DNA of 64,000 nt from Candidatus Latescibacterota bacterium (GCA_965237525.1 CBDEFO010000007.1:768001-832000), one strand, 5' to 3'. Shown: positions 1 to 10,823, counted from the stretch's first letter. Numbers and translations are program-made. Notes: generated from the letters alone by a model not told the origin.

Positions 1-491
1 AAAGGAGGTATATGGAGCTGATGTCGTCGTTCAGCCGAGTCCCGTAGGCGGGGCGCCGCATATTGTGATAGTATCAAAGAAGAATAGACTTGAGAGAACA
101 GTGGGAGATTCACGAACATTGACTTCGAAATTATAGAATGTGATAGAGATCACAGGAATAAGGCACGCATTTATATTTTCGATGTGCCTGTTGTGAATGT
201 GCCGGGAGTGGCCAGGGCCGCATAGCCTTTTTTACCTTTGCTATGATGCTTGCAAGAGATCCTGATCTGATCTTTACAAGCTGTATGGTGAGGAATAGGA
301 GTGAGAATCAAGAAAAGTAAAAGGCTGGACAGTTCTATCGGCTCTGATCCAAGGGAGCGTGTATTACATGCATATCTGGGTAGTTTAGCGGGCTGGGCAA
401 AGGCTGGTATATGCCTTAGAACCTATGAGGGAATAAATCTGCTCCCAGATATTTGGGAGGTAAACCAGGGAAGCCGGTCTGCTTTGTAACT

Positions 492-1535
492 ATGATAATA
501 TTCAAACAATTAAGGTTTATTCTCCCTATTTTAGTAGTTGCCTTATGCGGGTCTGCGCTCCTCTCGATAAGAGTAGGTGTTGTTGAAATATCTTTGAAGG
601 ATGCAGTGGGCATAATCTTGAGTCAGACACCGCTTATAGGGAGCGTGTCTGCCGAATCGGTGTTTGATGAGACGAGCCTGACTATCATATCAAGGATCAG
701 ACTTCCGAGGCTGATTTTGACCATGCTTGTAGGGGCTGCGCTTGCGATGTCGGGAACGGTTATGCAGGGCTTCTTTCAAAATCCTATGGCTGATCCGTAC
801 ATCGTGGGTGTCTCTTCAGGGGCAGCTTTGGGCGCGACAACAGCGATGGCTCTGGGGATAGAACTTACGTTTGTGGGGCTAAGCTCAGTCCCTGTGATGG
901 CATTTTCAGGGGCATTATGTGTGACGTTCCTGGTGTATGGGCTGAGTCTGAGAGGCGGAAAAGTGATGGCTTCTATTCTGCTTTTGACAGGGATCGCGAT
1001 AGGGGCTTTAGCATCTGCCCTAACGGCGTTTATTATGCTGATGAGCGATGAGAATTTACACACTATTTTCTTCTGGCTTATGGGAAGCTTCTCCGCAGGA
1101 TCGTGGAAGCATGTCCTGATGGTGTTTCCATATATTCTTACGGGGTCCGCGGTAATCCTGGTCTTCGCCAGGGACATGAATGTTATGCTCTTAGGCGAGG
1201 AATCGGCGCGTCACTTGGGGATAGAGGTGGAAAAGGTAAAGCGAATTCTTCTAGTTGTAGCGTCTCTTTTGGCTGCGTCGGCTGTGGCGGTGAGCGGGAT
1301 CATAGGTTTTGCGGGCTTGATGGTTCCCCACATTATGAGAATGGTGGTGGGACCTGATCACAGGAGACTCTTGCCAACTTCTCTTCTGTCGGGCGCAATA
1401 TTGATGGTACTGGCAGATACAGCAGCAAGGATCGTGGTAGCTCCATCGGAGATGCCGATAGGGATCATTACTGCGATCCTTGGCTGTCCGTTTTTTGTCT
1501 TCCTGCTATCAAGGAGAAAGGATATTAATATATAG
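492..1535 (+). CDS. FecCD/BtuC-family iron-chelate/cobalamin ABC transporter permease
   Basis: Motifs IRLPR, QNPMADPYIVGVSSGA, LGEESARHLG and EMPIGIITAILG; very hydrophobic; likely start is ATG 492. Confidence 0.92.
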   Translation: MIIFKQLRFILPILVVALCGSALLSIRVGVVEISLKDAVGIILSQTPLIGSVSAESVFDETSLTIISRIRLPRLILTMLVGAALAMSGTVMQGFFQNPMADPYIVGVSSGAALGATTAMALGIELTFVGLSSVPVMAFSGALCVTFLVYGLSLRGGKVMASILLLTGIAIGALASALTAFIMLMSDENLHTIFFWLMGSFSAGSWKHVLMVFPYILTGSAVILVFARDMNVMLLGEESARHLGIEVEKVKRILLVVASLLAASAVAVSGIIGFAGLMVPHIMRMVVGPDHRRLLPTSLLSGAILMVLADTAARIVVAPSEMPIGIITAILGCPFFVFLLSRRKDINI

Positions 1536-1645
1536 GATTTACCTACTGAAACAGAGCAAATTGCTTGATAAATTGTCCGAATTATATTAGATTAAATTAT
1601 ATCGCTTTGTTCTTGAAGAACCTATCCTTCAAAGGGGAAGAGAAA

Positions 1646-2869
1646 GTGGATTATCCCAGGATTCGTAATATAGAAGCCTTCCCGACGGAAATGTCGGGTC
1701 AAAAGGTGGTCTGTCTGCGCGATCCGCTGCGGTTCACAGATAACATGCTTTTTGTGCCTTTTAACGTGTTCTATATTATTAACATGTTCGATGGACAGCA
1801 TTCTATCCTGGATATTCAGACGGCTTATTCCAGAAAGTATCGGGATCTCCTGTTCAGCGATCGTCTGAAAGAAATAATGGATCAGTTAGATTCCTATCTG
1901 TTTTTGGAAAGCGACAGGTTCAACCAAGCTAAGAGGAACATGGAACAGGAGTTTAAAGATAGCCAGATCAGGAAAGCGTCGCACGCAGGGAGCGCGTATC
2001 AGGAGGATCCTGAGGCCCTGAGATCGCAGCTAGGGAGCTTTTTCAGTTCTCCAGAGGGGCCGGGCCAGCCCGTAGTGGAGACTCCCTCAGGAGAGTTGAA
2101 GGGCGTTATCTCCCCGCACATAGATTTCAGCAGAGGAGGTGTGTGTTCTGCATGGGCTTGTAAAGAGGTGGCTGAGCGGTGCGATGCCGATGTCTTTGTG
2201 ATCTTCGGCACCGGGCATTTTGCTGTCAATATGTTTGCCGTAACATCCAAGGATTTTGGGACTCCGCTTGGGATTGTAAGATCGCATAGGGATTTTATAG
2301 GGCAATTGGGAGAATTATGCGAACAGGATATTTTTGAGGACGAGTTTGCGCATAGAACTGAACATTCTATCGAATTCCAAGTGCTCTTTCTCCAGTATCT
2401 TTTTGGAGGTAAGAAGGATATAAGGATAGTTCCAATTCTGTGCGGGTCCTTTAATCAGATGATGCTTGACGGTAGGATACCGTGCAAGGACGAACACTTT
2501 ACAGATTTTGTGGAAGCATTGAGGATTACTATAGATGAATGGGGGGAGAAAGTATGCTTCATCGCAGGGGTGGATCTTGCTCACATGGGTCAAAAGTTTG
2601 GAGATCAAGAGGCTTTGATTGCTGGGTTTGTGGAATGGGTGGAGGATGAGGATAAGAGGCTGTTAGATTTTGTGGGAAAGGTAGATATGGACGGATTCTT
2701 TCACTCTATTAGCAAGGATAATGACAGAAGGAGGATCTGTGGATTTTCGTCTATCTGCACTATGCTGAGCGTTATGAATGCAAAAGAAGGCAGGGTTTTG
2801 AAGTACGATAAGGCTGTTGACAACCTGACGCAGTCTGTTGTGAGCTTTACAAGTGTGGCTTTTTACTAA
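1646..2869 (+). CDS. amrB: AmmeMemoRadiSam system protein B (MEMO1 family) with an N-terminal extension
   Basis: HAGSAY, SPHIDF, GTGH, EHSIEFQ, DLAH and ICG motifs; GTG start after AAGGGG. Confidence 0.88.
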   Translation: MDYPRIRNIEAFPTEMSGQKVVCLRDPLRFTDNMLFVPFNVFYIINMFDGQHSILDIQTAYSRKYRDLLFSDRLKEIMDQLDSYLFLESDRFNQAKRNMEQEFKDSQIRKASHAGSAYQEDPEALRSQLGSFFSSPEGPGQPVVETPSGELKGVISPHIDFSRGGVCSAWACKEVAERCDADVFVIFGTGHFAVNMFAVTSKDFGTPLGIVRSHRDFIGQLGELCEQDIFEDEFAHRTEHSIEFQVLFLQYLFGGKKDIRIVPILCGSFNQMMLDGRIPCKDEHFTDFVEALRITIDEWGEKVCFIAGVDLAHMGQKFGDQEALIAGFVEWVEDEDKRLLDFVGKVDMDGFFHSISKDNDRRRICGFSSICTMLSVMNAKEGRVLKYDKAVDNLTQSVVSFTSVAFY

Positions 2870-2896
2870 TCTTGGCCTGCGGTTGTCTACCTTCAA

Positions 2897-3346
2897 ATGA
2901 CGGGGTCGGTAATAATGGCTGACACAGTGAGATGTGGAATCTCCATAACGTCTACACTTTTGGATAGGTTTGATAACTTGATAGAGAAGCAGGTATACTC
3001 AAACAGGTCTGAGGCAATAAGGGACCTTATCAGGGATAAGCTGGTGGAGACAGAATGGGAGGAGAAGGATCACGAGATTGTAGGGGCTATTACAATTATC
3101 TACAGCCATGAAACCAGGGAACTTTTAGGTAAGCTTTTGGATCTTCAGCATCACAATTTCAGTTCTATAATCTTCACTATACACGTTCATCTAAATGAGC
3201 AAAACTGCCTCGAAGTTATGGTCGCAAGGGGACGGGTGGGGGACGTTAAGGGGATAGCTTATAGGTTGATCAGCACTAAAGGTGTAAACCACGGCGAGCT
3301 TACAATGACTTCCCTGGGGGACAGCTATGGTAAAAAGGGAGGGTAA
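2897..3346 (+). CDS. nikR: Nickel-responsive regulator NikR
   Basis: Ribbon-helix-helix motif YSNRSEAIRDLIR; metal site LQH...HVHL...CLEV. Confidence 0.93.
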   Translation: MTGSVIMADTVRCGISITSTLLDRFDNLIEKQVYSNRSEAIRDLIRDKLVETEWEEKDHEIVGAITIIYSHETRELLGKLLDLQHHNFSSIIFTIHVHLNEQNCLEVMVARGRVGDVKGIAYRLISTKGVNHGELTMTSLGDSYGKKGG

Positions 3347-3715
3347 ATGAAGGGAGACGTTATCCGTGTGAAGAATATGAGGTTCTACGCCTATCATGGA
3401 GATCTCCCCGAGGAGGCTAAATTGGGTCAGGAATTTCAGGTAGATGTGGACGTGTGGACAGACTTTGCTAAGGCTGCAATGACAGATAATGTCAAAAATA
3501 CTATACACTATGGGACGATCTACAGGTTAACTGAGGAGTTAGTAACAGGCAAGAGATTCAATTTAGTTGAGAAGTTGGCCGAGGAGATAGCTGTGACAGT
3601 GAAGGACAGGTTGGATGTGGACGGGGTGCTTGTCAGAGTAAGGAAGCCTAATACTCCGATAGAGGGGCACTTCGATTGCATAGAGGTGGAGATAAAGAGG
3701 GAGTTTTGTAAATAG
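3347..3715 (+). CDS. folB: Dihydroneopterin aldolase
   Basis: FYAYHG..EE..LGQEF and VRKP motifs; adjacent to folK. Confidence 0.95.
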   Translation: MKGDVIRVKNMRFYAYHGDLPEEAKLGQEFQVDVDVWTDFAKAAMTDNVKNTIHYGTIYRLTEELVTGKRFNLVEKLAEEIAVTVKDRLDVDGVLVRVRKPNTPIEGHFDCIEVEIKREFCK

Positions 3716-4216
3716 ATGACAACGGCTTACATCGCTATGGGATCCAATTGGGGAGATCGAATGGGATTCTTAAGTTCGGCTGTGGTGGCCCTTTCTGAGT
3801 CTGAAGGGATAAATTTAACGGCCTGGTCGTCAGTATATGAGACTGAGCCTATGGAGGTAGAGAATCAGCCGTTTTTCTTGAATATGGTTGTGGAGGCAAA
3901 GATGGATCTAGGGCCGAGTCAACTCCTGGATAGGTTGAAAGAAATCGAAAGGAGCCTGGGAAGAAAGAATAAAAGTAAATTGGAGCCGAGGACTATAGAT
4001 CTGGACATGCTACTGTATGGGGATTTAGTTCTGAACGAAGATTCCTTGATCATCCCTCATCCAAGGATGGAAAGTAGAGCTTTTGTGTTAGTTCCCCTCG
4101 CGGAGCTGACTCCTGATCTGATGCATCCTGTCTCTAAGACGAAAGTATCCGATCTACTTGAAAATTGCAGGCATGGGAAGGTTGATTTCCTGGGCAGCTT
4201 GGATAATTCAGGATAA
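3716..4216 (+). CDS. folK: 2-amino-4-hydroxy-6-hydroxymethyldihydropteridine pyrophosphokinase
   Basis: AYIAMGSN, SSVYETEP, PRTIDLD and IPHPRM motifs. Confidence 0.96.
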   Translation: MTTAYIAMGSNWGDRMGFLSSAVVALSESEGINLTAWSSVYETEPMEVENQPFFLNMVVEAKMDLGPSQLLDRLKEIERSLGRKNKSKLEPRTIDLDMLLYGDLVLNEDSLIIPHPRMESRAFVLVPLAELTPDLMHPVSKTKVSDLLENCRHGKVDFLGSLDNSG

Positions 4217-4252
4217 TCACTATTCAAAATCTATAACAATAATAGTTTCATT

Positions 4253-4909
4253 TTGCCCATACGAGTGACCTTGAATCATCCGAAGTACATAGCTGTCGAG
4301 GGTATGATAGGTGTAGGGAAGACGACTCTTGCAAAGATATTGGCAGAGAAATTAGAGATGAAACTTATGCTTGAAGAAGTGGAGAATCCCTTCCTGCCGA
4401 AGTTTTACGAAGATCCCACAAGATACGCTTTCCAAACACAGATGTTTTTCCTGTTGAGCAGGTATAGACAGCAGCAGAGGCTCATCCAACCAGATCTCTT
4501 CGAAAGCTCGATTGTGAGCGACTATCTTTTTGCCAAGGACAGGATATTTGCCCATGTGAATCTGGGCGATGAGGAATTGGCTCTGTACGAGAGATTGGCG
4601 ACTTTACTTGAGAAAGATATTCCGAAGCCGGATTTGGTGATATATCTTCAATCGAATATCGAAAAACTGACGGAAACGATAAATCAAAGGGCAAGGGACA
4701 ATGAAAGGGAGATAGACTCCGAGTATCTGCAGAATCTGAACGATGCGTATAATCACTTTTTCTTCCACTATGATGAAACTACACTTTTAGTGGTAAGGGC
4801 ATCTGACATAGATTTTTTGAAGGATACTGAAGGTTTGATATCCCAGATTGAAAACCCTTTTGTGGGAACAAAATACTACGTTCCCATGGGATCCCAACGA
4901 ATGCTATGA
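4253..4909 (+). CDS. Deoxynucleoside kinase
   Basis: IAVEGMIGVGKTT P-loop, ENPFLPKFY and QMFFLLSR; usual folK-dNK-panB context. Confidence 0.92.
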   Translation: MPIRVTLNHPKYIAVEGMIGVGKTTLAKILAEKLEMKLMLEEVENPFLPKFYEDPTRYAFQTQMFFLLSRYRQQQRLIQPDLFESSIVSDYLFAKDRIFAHVNLGDEELALYERLATLLEKDIPKPDLVIYLQSNIEKLTETINQRARDNEREIDSEYLQNLNDAYNHFFFHYDETTLLVVRASDIDFLKDTEGLISQIENPFVGTKYYVPMGSQRML

Positions 4910-5712
4910 AAAAAGATAAAGTCACCGCGGTAAGACTCCTGGAGATGAAGGCAAAGGGCGAAAAGATCGCTGCATTGACGGCTTACGAGACGATATTCGC
5001 CTCCATTCTGGATGAGATAGGAGTAGATCTTGTTTTAGTCGGGGATACCTTGGGACAGACCTTTGCAGGCTACGATACTACTCTCCCTGTGACGGTAGAT
5101 CAGATGGTTTACCACACTTGTATAGTGTCCAGATGTGTTGAGAGAGCGCTGGTAGTAGGAGATATGCCTTTTATGTCCTTCCAGGTGAGCCCTGAGGAGG
5201 CCTTAAAGAATGTAGGTAGAATTATAAAAGAAGGTGGTGCAGAGGCGGTAAAGCTCGAAGGCGGATCCCTGATAGTGGATACTGTAGACAAGATTGTGAA
5301 CGCCGGGATCCCTGTTATGGGACACATCGGTCTGACCCCTCAGTCTGTGCATAAAGTGGGTGGATTCAAGGTCCAGGGAAGGGAAGAAAAGGAAAGCGCG
5401 AAGCTTATTCAGGACGCTAAGGCGCTTGAGGAAGCTGGAGTCTTCAGTCTAGTACTGGAAGCGATGCCTTACGATCTGGCCAAGGATATAACTGCACGCC
5501 TCAAGGTTCCAACTATAGGGATAGGCGCGGGACCATACTGCGACGGACAGATACTGGTAACTCAGGATCTGTTGGGACTCTTTGAAAGATTTCTGCCTAA
5601 GTACGTCAGAAAGTACGCAGAGATGGCAAAGGAGACAAGGCAGGCGTGTAAATCTTATATCGAAGATGTAAAAGCGCAGAAGTTTCCGTCTCTAGATGAA
5701 AGCTATGGATGA
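4906..5712 (+). CDS. panB: 3-methyl-2-oxobutanoate hydroxymethyltransferase
   Basis: LTAY, LVGD, AVKLEGG, GHIGLTPQ and IGIGAG motifs. Confidence 0.97.
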   Translation: MKKDKVTAVRLLEMKAKGEKIAALTAYETIFASILDEIGVDLVLVGDTLGQTFAGYDTTLPVTVDQMVYHTCIVSRCVERALVVGDMPFMSFQVSPEEALKNVGRIIKEGGAEAVKLEGGSLIVDTVDKIVNAGIPVMGHIGLTPQSVHKVGGFKVQGREEKESAKLIQDAKALEEAGVFSLVLEAMPYDLAKDITARLKVPTIGIGAGPYCDGQILVTQDLLGLFERFLPKYVRKYAEMAKETRQACKSYIEDVKAQKFPSLDESYG

Positions 5713-5757
5713 CAACGGACCGGAATTGCGCATAGTAATGAGTCCGCAAAGATTCAA

Positions 5758-6612
5758 ATGTCGATTAAAACAATTATAGATGCTGTCGACCAAATGCATA
5801 CTTGGGCAGACGAGGCAAGGTCTACAAAGATGAAAATAGGCTTAGTGCCTACTATGGGTTTTCTGCATCAAGGGCATCTGAGTCTAGTAAAAAAGGCAAG
5901 AGATAAGGCAGATCAAGTTGTGGTGAGTATATTTGTGAATCCGGGTCAGTTTGAACCGAACGAAGACTTTGAGGACTATCCGAGAGATTTCGAAAGAGAT
6001 GTGACTCTGGTAGGAAAGGCTGGTGGTGATGTGATCTTCGCTCCCTCTGTGGAGGAGATGTACCCTGAGGGTTTTAATACTTACGTGAAAGTAGAGAAAT
6101 TAACTGAAGGTCTTTGTGGGGCATCACGTCCCTCTCACTTCCAGGGAGTGACTATTGCTGTGACCAAGCTGCTCTGCTGTGTGAAGCCGCACTTTGCGGT
6201 GTTCGGTCAAAAGGATGCTCAGCAGGCGTTCGTTATAGAAAGGGTGGTCCAGGATCTAAACATGGATGTGGAGATAGTAGTGTGTCCTACAGTCCGGGAG
6301 GAGGACGGCATCGCTATGAGTTCGCGGAATATGTATCTCTCTTGTCAGGAGAGGAAAGATGCTACGATTCTGTTCAAGTCTCTTCAAAGGGCAAGAAAGA
6401 TGATAGGAGAGGGACAAAGGGAAGCTGATAAAATAATCAAGCTCATAAAGGATATGATAGAGGCACAGAGGACGGCCAGGGTAGATTATGTGTCAATTGT
6501 AGATACCTTAAATCTAAAAGAGATAGATACGATTGAAGGGGAGGTGCTGATAGCTCTTGCAGTATGGTTTGGGAGCGCAAGATTGATAGATAATGCGATA
6601 GTATCAGTCTAA
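5758..6612 (+). CDS. panC: Pantoate--beta-alanine ligase
   Basis: VPTMGFLHQGH, FGQKD, AMSSRN and RLIDN motifs. Confidence 0.97.
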   Translation: MSIKTIIDAVDQMHTWADEARSTKMKIGLVPTMGFLHQGHLSLVKKARDKADQVVVSIFVNPGQFEPNEDFEDYPRDFERDVTLVGKAGGDVIFAPSVEEMYPEGFNTYVKVEKLTEGLCGASRPSHFQGVTIAVTKLLCCVKPHFAVFGQKDAQQAFVIERVVQDLNMDVEIVVCPTVREEDGIAMSSRNMYLSCQERKDATILFKSLQRARKMIGEGQREADKIIKLIKDMIEAQRTARVDYVSIVDTLNLKEIDTIEGEVLIALAVWFGSARLIDNAIVSV

Positions 6613-6694
6613 GACGGATCTAGCGGTTAGGTATAAATTGAAGTGCCGGAGGACTTCGGTTGCATCAAATTGCATTTGGTAAATTCACTATCCA

Positions 6695-7325
6695 ATGAAA
6701 CATCTTAACTTAGGTGTTCTCGCCTCCGGCGGGGGCACGAATCTTCAGGCAATAATTGACAATTGCCAAAAGGGTGCAATTGATGCGGATGTGGGGGTTG
6801 TCATAAGTAATAGTAGCAGCTCCGGAGCCTTAGAAAGGTCGCGCAAACACGGTATTCCCGCTCTTCATATAAGCGGAACTAAGTTGGATTCAGACGATGT
6901 GGTAGATGAGACTATACTGCATGCCCTTGGCAGACCACAATGTAGATTTGGTGGTATTAGCAGGATATATGAAGCTTATAGGAACAAAGGTTTTAGGTGC
7001 CTATAGAAACAGGATATTGAATATACATCCTGCTCTCCTTCCATCGTTCGGCGGGAAGGGCCTGTACGGCCGTAGAGTGCATGAGGAGGTAATAGAAAGC
7101 GGCGTGAAGGTCTCCGGGGTTACAGTTCATATTGTGGACGAGGAGTACGATCACGGTCCGATAGTTGCTCAAAGGCCGGTTCCGGTATTGGATGAGGATT
7201 CACCCGATGATCTTGGAGAGAGGGTGTTAAACGAGGAGCATAAGTTGTACTCTAAAGTGATTCAGTTGTTTGCCGAAGGGAGAATAAGAGTTCAAGGGAG
7301 AAAAGTAAAGATAACGGAGCGCTAG
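6695..7325 (+). pseudogene. purN: Phosphoribosylglycinamide formyltransferase, split by a +1 frameshift near 6923-6930
   Basis: ORF 6695 carries SGGGTNLQA; ORF 6906 carries LAGYM, NIHPALLP and GVTVH..D.G; removing one base joins them. Confidence 0.88.
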
Positions 7326-7327
7326 AA

Positions 7328-7972
7328 ATGGGCGATCTATGTGTGAAGGATGGGGAAACCTTTCTCTTTATCGGAGACAGCATCACAGACTGTGGAAGAC
7401 AGGAAGACAAAGCTCCTTTTGGGGACGGATACGTCAGTCTCTTCATCGATATTGCGACCAGCCAGTGCCCTGATCGGAATATCACCTTTATCAACAAAGG
7501 GATCGGTGGCAATAGTGTAACGAGCTTGAAGGATCGCTGGGAAGCTGATGTGATTGTCGAAAACCCGGACTGGCTCTCTGTAAAGATAGGGATCAACGAC
7601 ATTCACTGCCACGTTCGCGGTGCGGACAATGCAGTCTCTCCTTCTCTATTCCGCCAGACGTACGACTATATCCTCGGCCAGGCAGTGGAAAAAACAAGTG
7701 CTCAGCTTGTCCTTATAGATCCATTTTATATCAGCGCGGATCGTTCGGACCAGACGTTCGCGAGTAGTGTGATGGAGATTATTCCAGAGTATTTAAGGGT
7801 TGTCCACGATATGAGCCAACAATACAAAACCCGACTCGTTAAGACTCATGATGTATTTCAGAAACACCTCAAATACAGGGCCCCGGAGACCTTCTGCCCC
7901 GAGCCTGTACATCCCAATCGTACAGGGCATGTAGTCATTGCAATGGAGTTGATGGATGTGCTGACATATTGA
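7328..7972 (+). CDS. SGNH/GDSL hydrolase
   Basis: FIGDSITD, GIGG, GIND and VHP blocks. Confidence 0.9.
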   Translation: MGDLCVKDGETFLFIGDSITDCGRQEDKAPFGDGYVSLFIDIATSQCPDRNITFINKGIGGNSVTSLKDRWEADVIVENPDWLSVKIGINDIHCHVRGADNAVSPSLFRQTYDYILGQAVEKTSAQLVLIDPFYISADRSDQTFASSVMEIIPEYLRVVHDMSQQYKTRLVKTHDVFQKHLKYRAPETFCPEPVHPNRTGHVVIAMELMDVLTY

Positions 7973-7990
7973 TACAGATACAAGTACAAC

Positions 7991-8518
7991 TTGGACAAGG
8001 AGAAGGAAATCTCAGATAAGTTTGAGGTGATCAAGTTTTGTCCCAGATGCGGAGGGCATCTGGAAAAGCGCATCTTAGATGGAATGGAAAGACCGGTGTG
8101 CAAGGACTGTGATTTTGTATTTTATCTGAATCCTACTCCTGCGGCTGCGGTCGTGATACTGAATGATACTAAGGTTTTGTTTGTAAAGAGGGCGTTTGAG
8201 CCTCGAAAAGGGGCATGGTCTCTCCCGGCGGGGTTTGAGGAATACTTTGAGTCACCGGAAGAGTGCGCAATCAGGGAAGTAAAGGAGGAAACAGGGCTTG
8301 ACGTGGAAAATCTGGAACTTTTGGGCGTATATTCAGGTAGTGAAGACCCGAGGACCAGAGTGGTGTTAATCGTGTATATTACCGACACGTGGCAGGGCGA
8401 GGTCACCCCGGGGGACGATGCAAGTGAAGCTAGGTGGTTCGACCTGGATAGTCCTCCGAAAGATATAGCTTTCCGTAATCATCAAAGGGCCGTGGATGCA
8501 GCAAGGATCAGAATTTAG
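7991..8518 (+). CDS. NUDIX hydrolase with an N-terminal zinc ribbon
   Basis: FCPRCG...CKDC; Nudix box G..E..ESPEECAIREVKEETG. Confidence 0.92.
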   Translation: MDKEKEISDKFEVIKFCPRCGGHLEKRILDGMERPVCKDCDFVFYLNPTPAAAVVILNDTKVLFVKRAFEPRKGAWSLPAGFEEYFESPEECAIREVKEETGLDVENLELLGVYSGSEDPRTRVVLIVYITDTWQGEVTPGDDASEARWFDLDSPPKDIAFRNHQRAVDAARIRI

Positions 8519-8972
8519 AGCACACCAGTCAAAAGGAAGGATACTGGGCATAGACTATGGTGAAAGGAGGATAGGCATCGCAATAAGCGATGCCTTGGGG
8601 ATAACAGCTCAGGGGCTGGACACACTTGTCATAAGATCCAGAGATGAGGCCTTGGAAAAAGTCGCCAGGATCGCAGAGGAAACAGAGGCTGTGAAGATAG
8701 TAGTCGGTATGCCTCTTAATATGAACGGGAGTATAGGAATAAAAGGTGAGGAAGTAAAAGGATTCGTGGAGGCTTTAAAGGAGAAAACGGGGTTAAAGAT
8801 CGATGTATGGGACGAACGGATGACAACTATAGCAGCTCAAAGAGCGATGGGAGAGATGGGAATAAAGCTCAAAGGCAGGAAGAAAGACCTGGACAGGATA
8901 TCAGCAACAATGATTCTTCAGGGATATTTAGATAGGCTTTCGCGGAGTTCGGGTGACGATGAGGAGGAATAA
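8496..8972 (+). CDS. ruvX: Holliday junction resolvase-like / pre-16S rRNA nuclease RuvX (YqgF)
   Basis: ILGIDYGERRIGIA, WDERMTT and D..SA..ILQ motifs. Confidence 0.95.
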   Translation: MQQGSEFRAHQSKGRILGIDYGERRIGIAISDALGITAQGLDTLVIRSRDEALEKVARIAEETEAVKIVVGMPLNMNGSIGIKGEEVKGFVEALKEKTGLKIDVWDERMTTIAAQRAMGEMGIKLKGRKKDLDRISATMILQGYLDRLSRSSGDDEEE

Positions 8973-10122
8973 AAGTGATATCCTGTTGCGGGCTGCAGAC
9001 TTGGGGATCTTATCTTTGTCCGCAGTTGCAGTGCTAACTGCAACTTGGGCACTAGTTCTCGCTTCTTCTATGTACTATGCATTAACAGCGCCATTTAGGT
9101 TAGCGTTTTTGCTCGGCCGCGGTCGAGCAGGACTGGTGTTAGGTGTATCCTTAATCCTGACCTTAACTCTGACGATGGTCTTAGCCTTCCTTTTGAACCT
9201 ACCTGTAGGAAAAGGGTTAAACAAGGAGGTTATAATCAGGAAGGGTTTGACATCAAAAGAAATAGGGAAAGCTTTAGAAAGCAAGAATTTGATCAGAAGT
9301 TCCCTATTTTTCCTCTTAGCCGTGAAGATTTTAGGAACAGAGGAGAGGATAAGGGCTGGGAGATATAGGCTGCCAGATTCGGAATCTACACTTTCGATAA
9401 TAGACAGGCTGATTGAGGGCGGCTACATAACTCAGAACGTGACAATCCCTGAGGGACTGACAAGGAGCGCTATAGCTGATATTCTGGAAGATAAGTTAGA
9501 TTTGGACAAAGAAAGGTTCTTGAAGCTTTCAGACGATTCTACGTTTTGCAGTAGCTTAGGGATAGAGGCTCAGAATCTGGAAGGCTATCTGTTTCCAGAC
9601 ACGTATAATTTCGACTCGCACTCGGATGAAGAAGCTGTGTTGAGGAGGATGGTGGGAAGATTCAAAGATGTGTTTGTAGATTCTCTTAAGGACAGAGCAA
9701 GGGAGTTAGGATTTTCCACACACCAGATAGTAACTCTGGCATCTACAATTGAAAGAGAGGCGGCAGTTTCCCAAGAAAGAGCGATTATCTCTGCAGTATT
9801 TCACAGCAGATTGAGATTGAAGATGCGTCTGGACGCCGACGTGACTTTGGAGTATGTGCTGGGCAGGAGAATGACGACACAAGACAAGAAGTTAAGATCT
9901 CCTTATAATACCTATAAATACAGGGGGCTCTCTCCAGGGCCGATAGCGAATCCGGGTAAAGGTCCTATCCTGGCAGCTTTATATCCTGAGGACGTGGACT
10001 ACCTCTATTTCGTGGCAAGAGGCGACGGCACTCACGTCTTCAGCAGGACGAACAGGGAGCACATAAACGCCAAGAACAGAATTAAGCGGGCACGGCGCGG
10101 GAGAGTTTCAAATCGTCAGTGA
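8953..10122 (+). CDS. mltG: Endolytic transglycosylase MltG
   Basis: VTIPEG, LEGYLFPDTY, ASTIERE, SPYNTY..GL.PGPIANPG and YLYFVA motifs. Confidence 0.95.
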   Translation: MTMRRNKSDILLRAADLGILSLSAVAVLTATWALVLASSMYYALTAPFRLAFLLGRGRAGLVLGVSLILTLTLTMVLAFLLNLPVGKGLNKEVIIRKGLTSKEIGKALESKNLIRSSLFFLLAVKILGTEERIRAGRYRLPDSESTLSIIDRLIEGGYITQNVTIPEGLTRSAIADILEDKLDLDKERFLKLSDDSTFCSSLGIEAQNLEGYLFPDTYNFDSHSDEEAVLRRMVGRFKDVFVDSLKDRARELGFSTHQIVTLASTIEREAAVSQERAIISAVFHSRLRLKMRLDADVTLEYVLGRRMTTQDKKLRSPYNTYKYRGLSPGPIANPGKGPILAALYPEDVDYLYFVARGDGTHVFSRTNREHINAKNRIKRARRGRVSNRQ

Positions 10123-10156
10123 GCAGAGATCATGTCTCTGCATAAAGTCAGGGGTG

Positions 10157-10810
10157 ATGATGATGGCAAAGGATACCAGAGAGATATAGGAAGAAACCAT
10201 GGACAGATTGGTTCTACTCAGTAGATCCCGTGGAACAATATATCAGATCATAGACTCTTCAATTCTGCTGTTCATTGTCGTACTAGTGCTGATTTTCTGA
10301 GTGAACAAAGCCGATTCTATTTCGCTCAGTTTTATTCTTATCGGTTTCATATTGGTTTCTGGCCTCGCCTCAAGTGTGTTACTTCTCGTCCATCGTTTAT
10401 TTACGAAGAGGACGGTCACATTTGACAAAGGACGCGGAATACTGGAAGTGAAGAAAAGTCTTCTGGTTCCCGCTAAAGTCACAGTATTGTCATTACCTGG
10501 ATTGATAGGAGTATGTTATGTAGGGACCTCTATATCTATACAGCATGGATTATTGGGAGAAGAAAAGATTAAGGTACGGAAGTTGGTCATGTTGACGAGG
10601 AACGATGGGAGTTATGAGAGTACTGTGCTTTACACCATACGTGGGCTTTTGGATCATCAGGACATGGCTATAGCCAGAGAGGTTGGTGAATTTCTGGAGA
10701 CAAAAGCCATTGTCAAGGGCACAGTGTCGAGCGATGCGGAAGCGTCTCGGGGTTTTTCAGGCAAAGACTTGGGTCCGGAGATCAAGGTGGAAGATTTCTC
10801 CAAAGCATAG
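10157..10810 (+). pseudogene. Hypothetical two-TM membrane protein with in-frame nonsense codons
   Basis: Frame from ATG 10157 runs into ORF 10301-10810 through TAG (10187) and TGA (10298); the upstream part encodes a TM segment. Confidence 0.5.
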
Positions 10811-10823
10811 TTGGGAGATCCTG

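Noticed and set aside
1..490. Short frames upstream of the permease, including ORF 301-489
   Set aside because: Broken by stops and frameshifts with no recognisable motif; may be a gene remnant but cannot be supported
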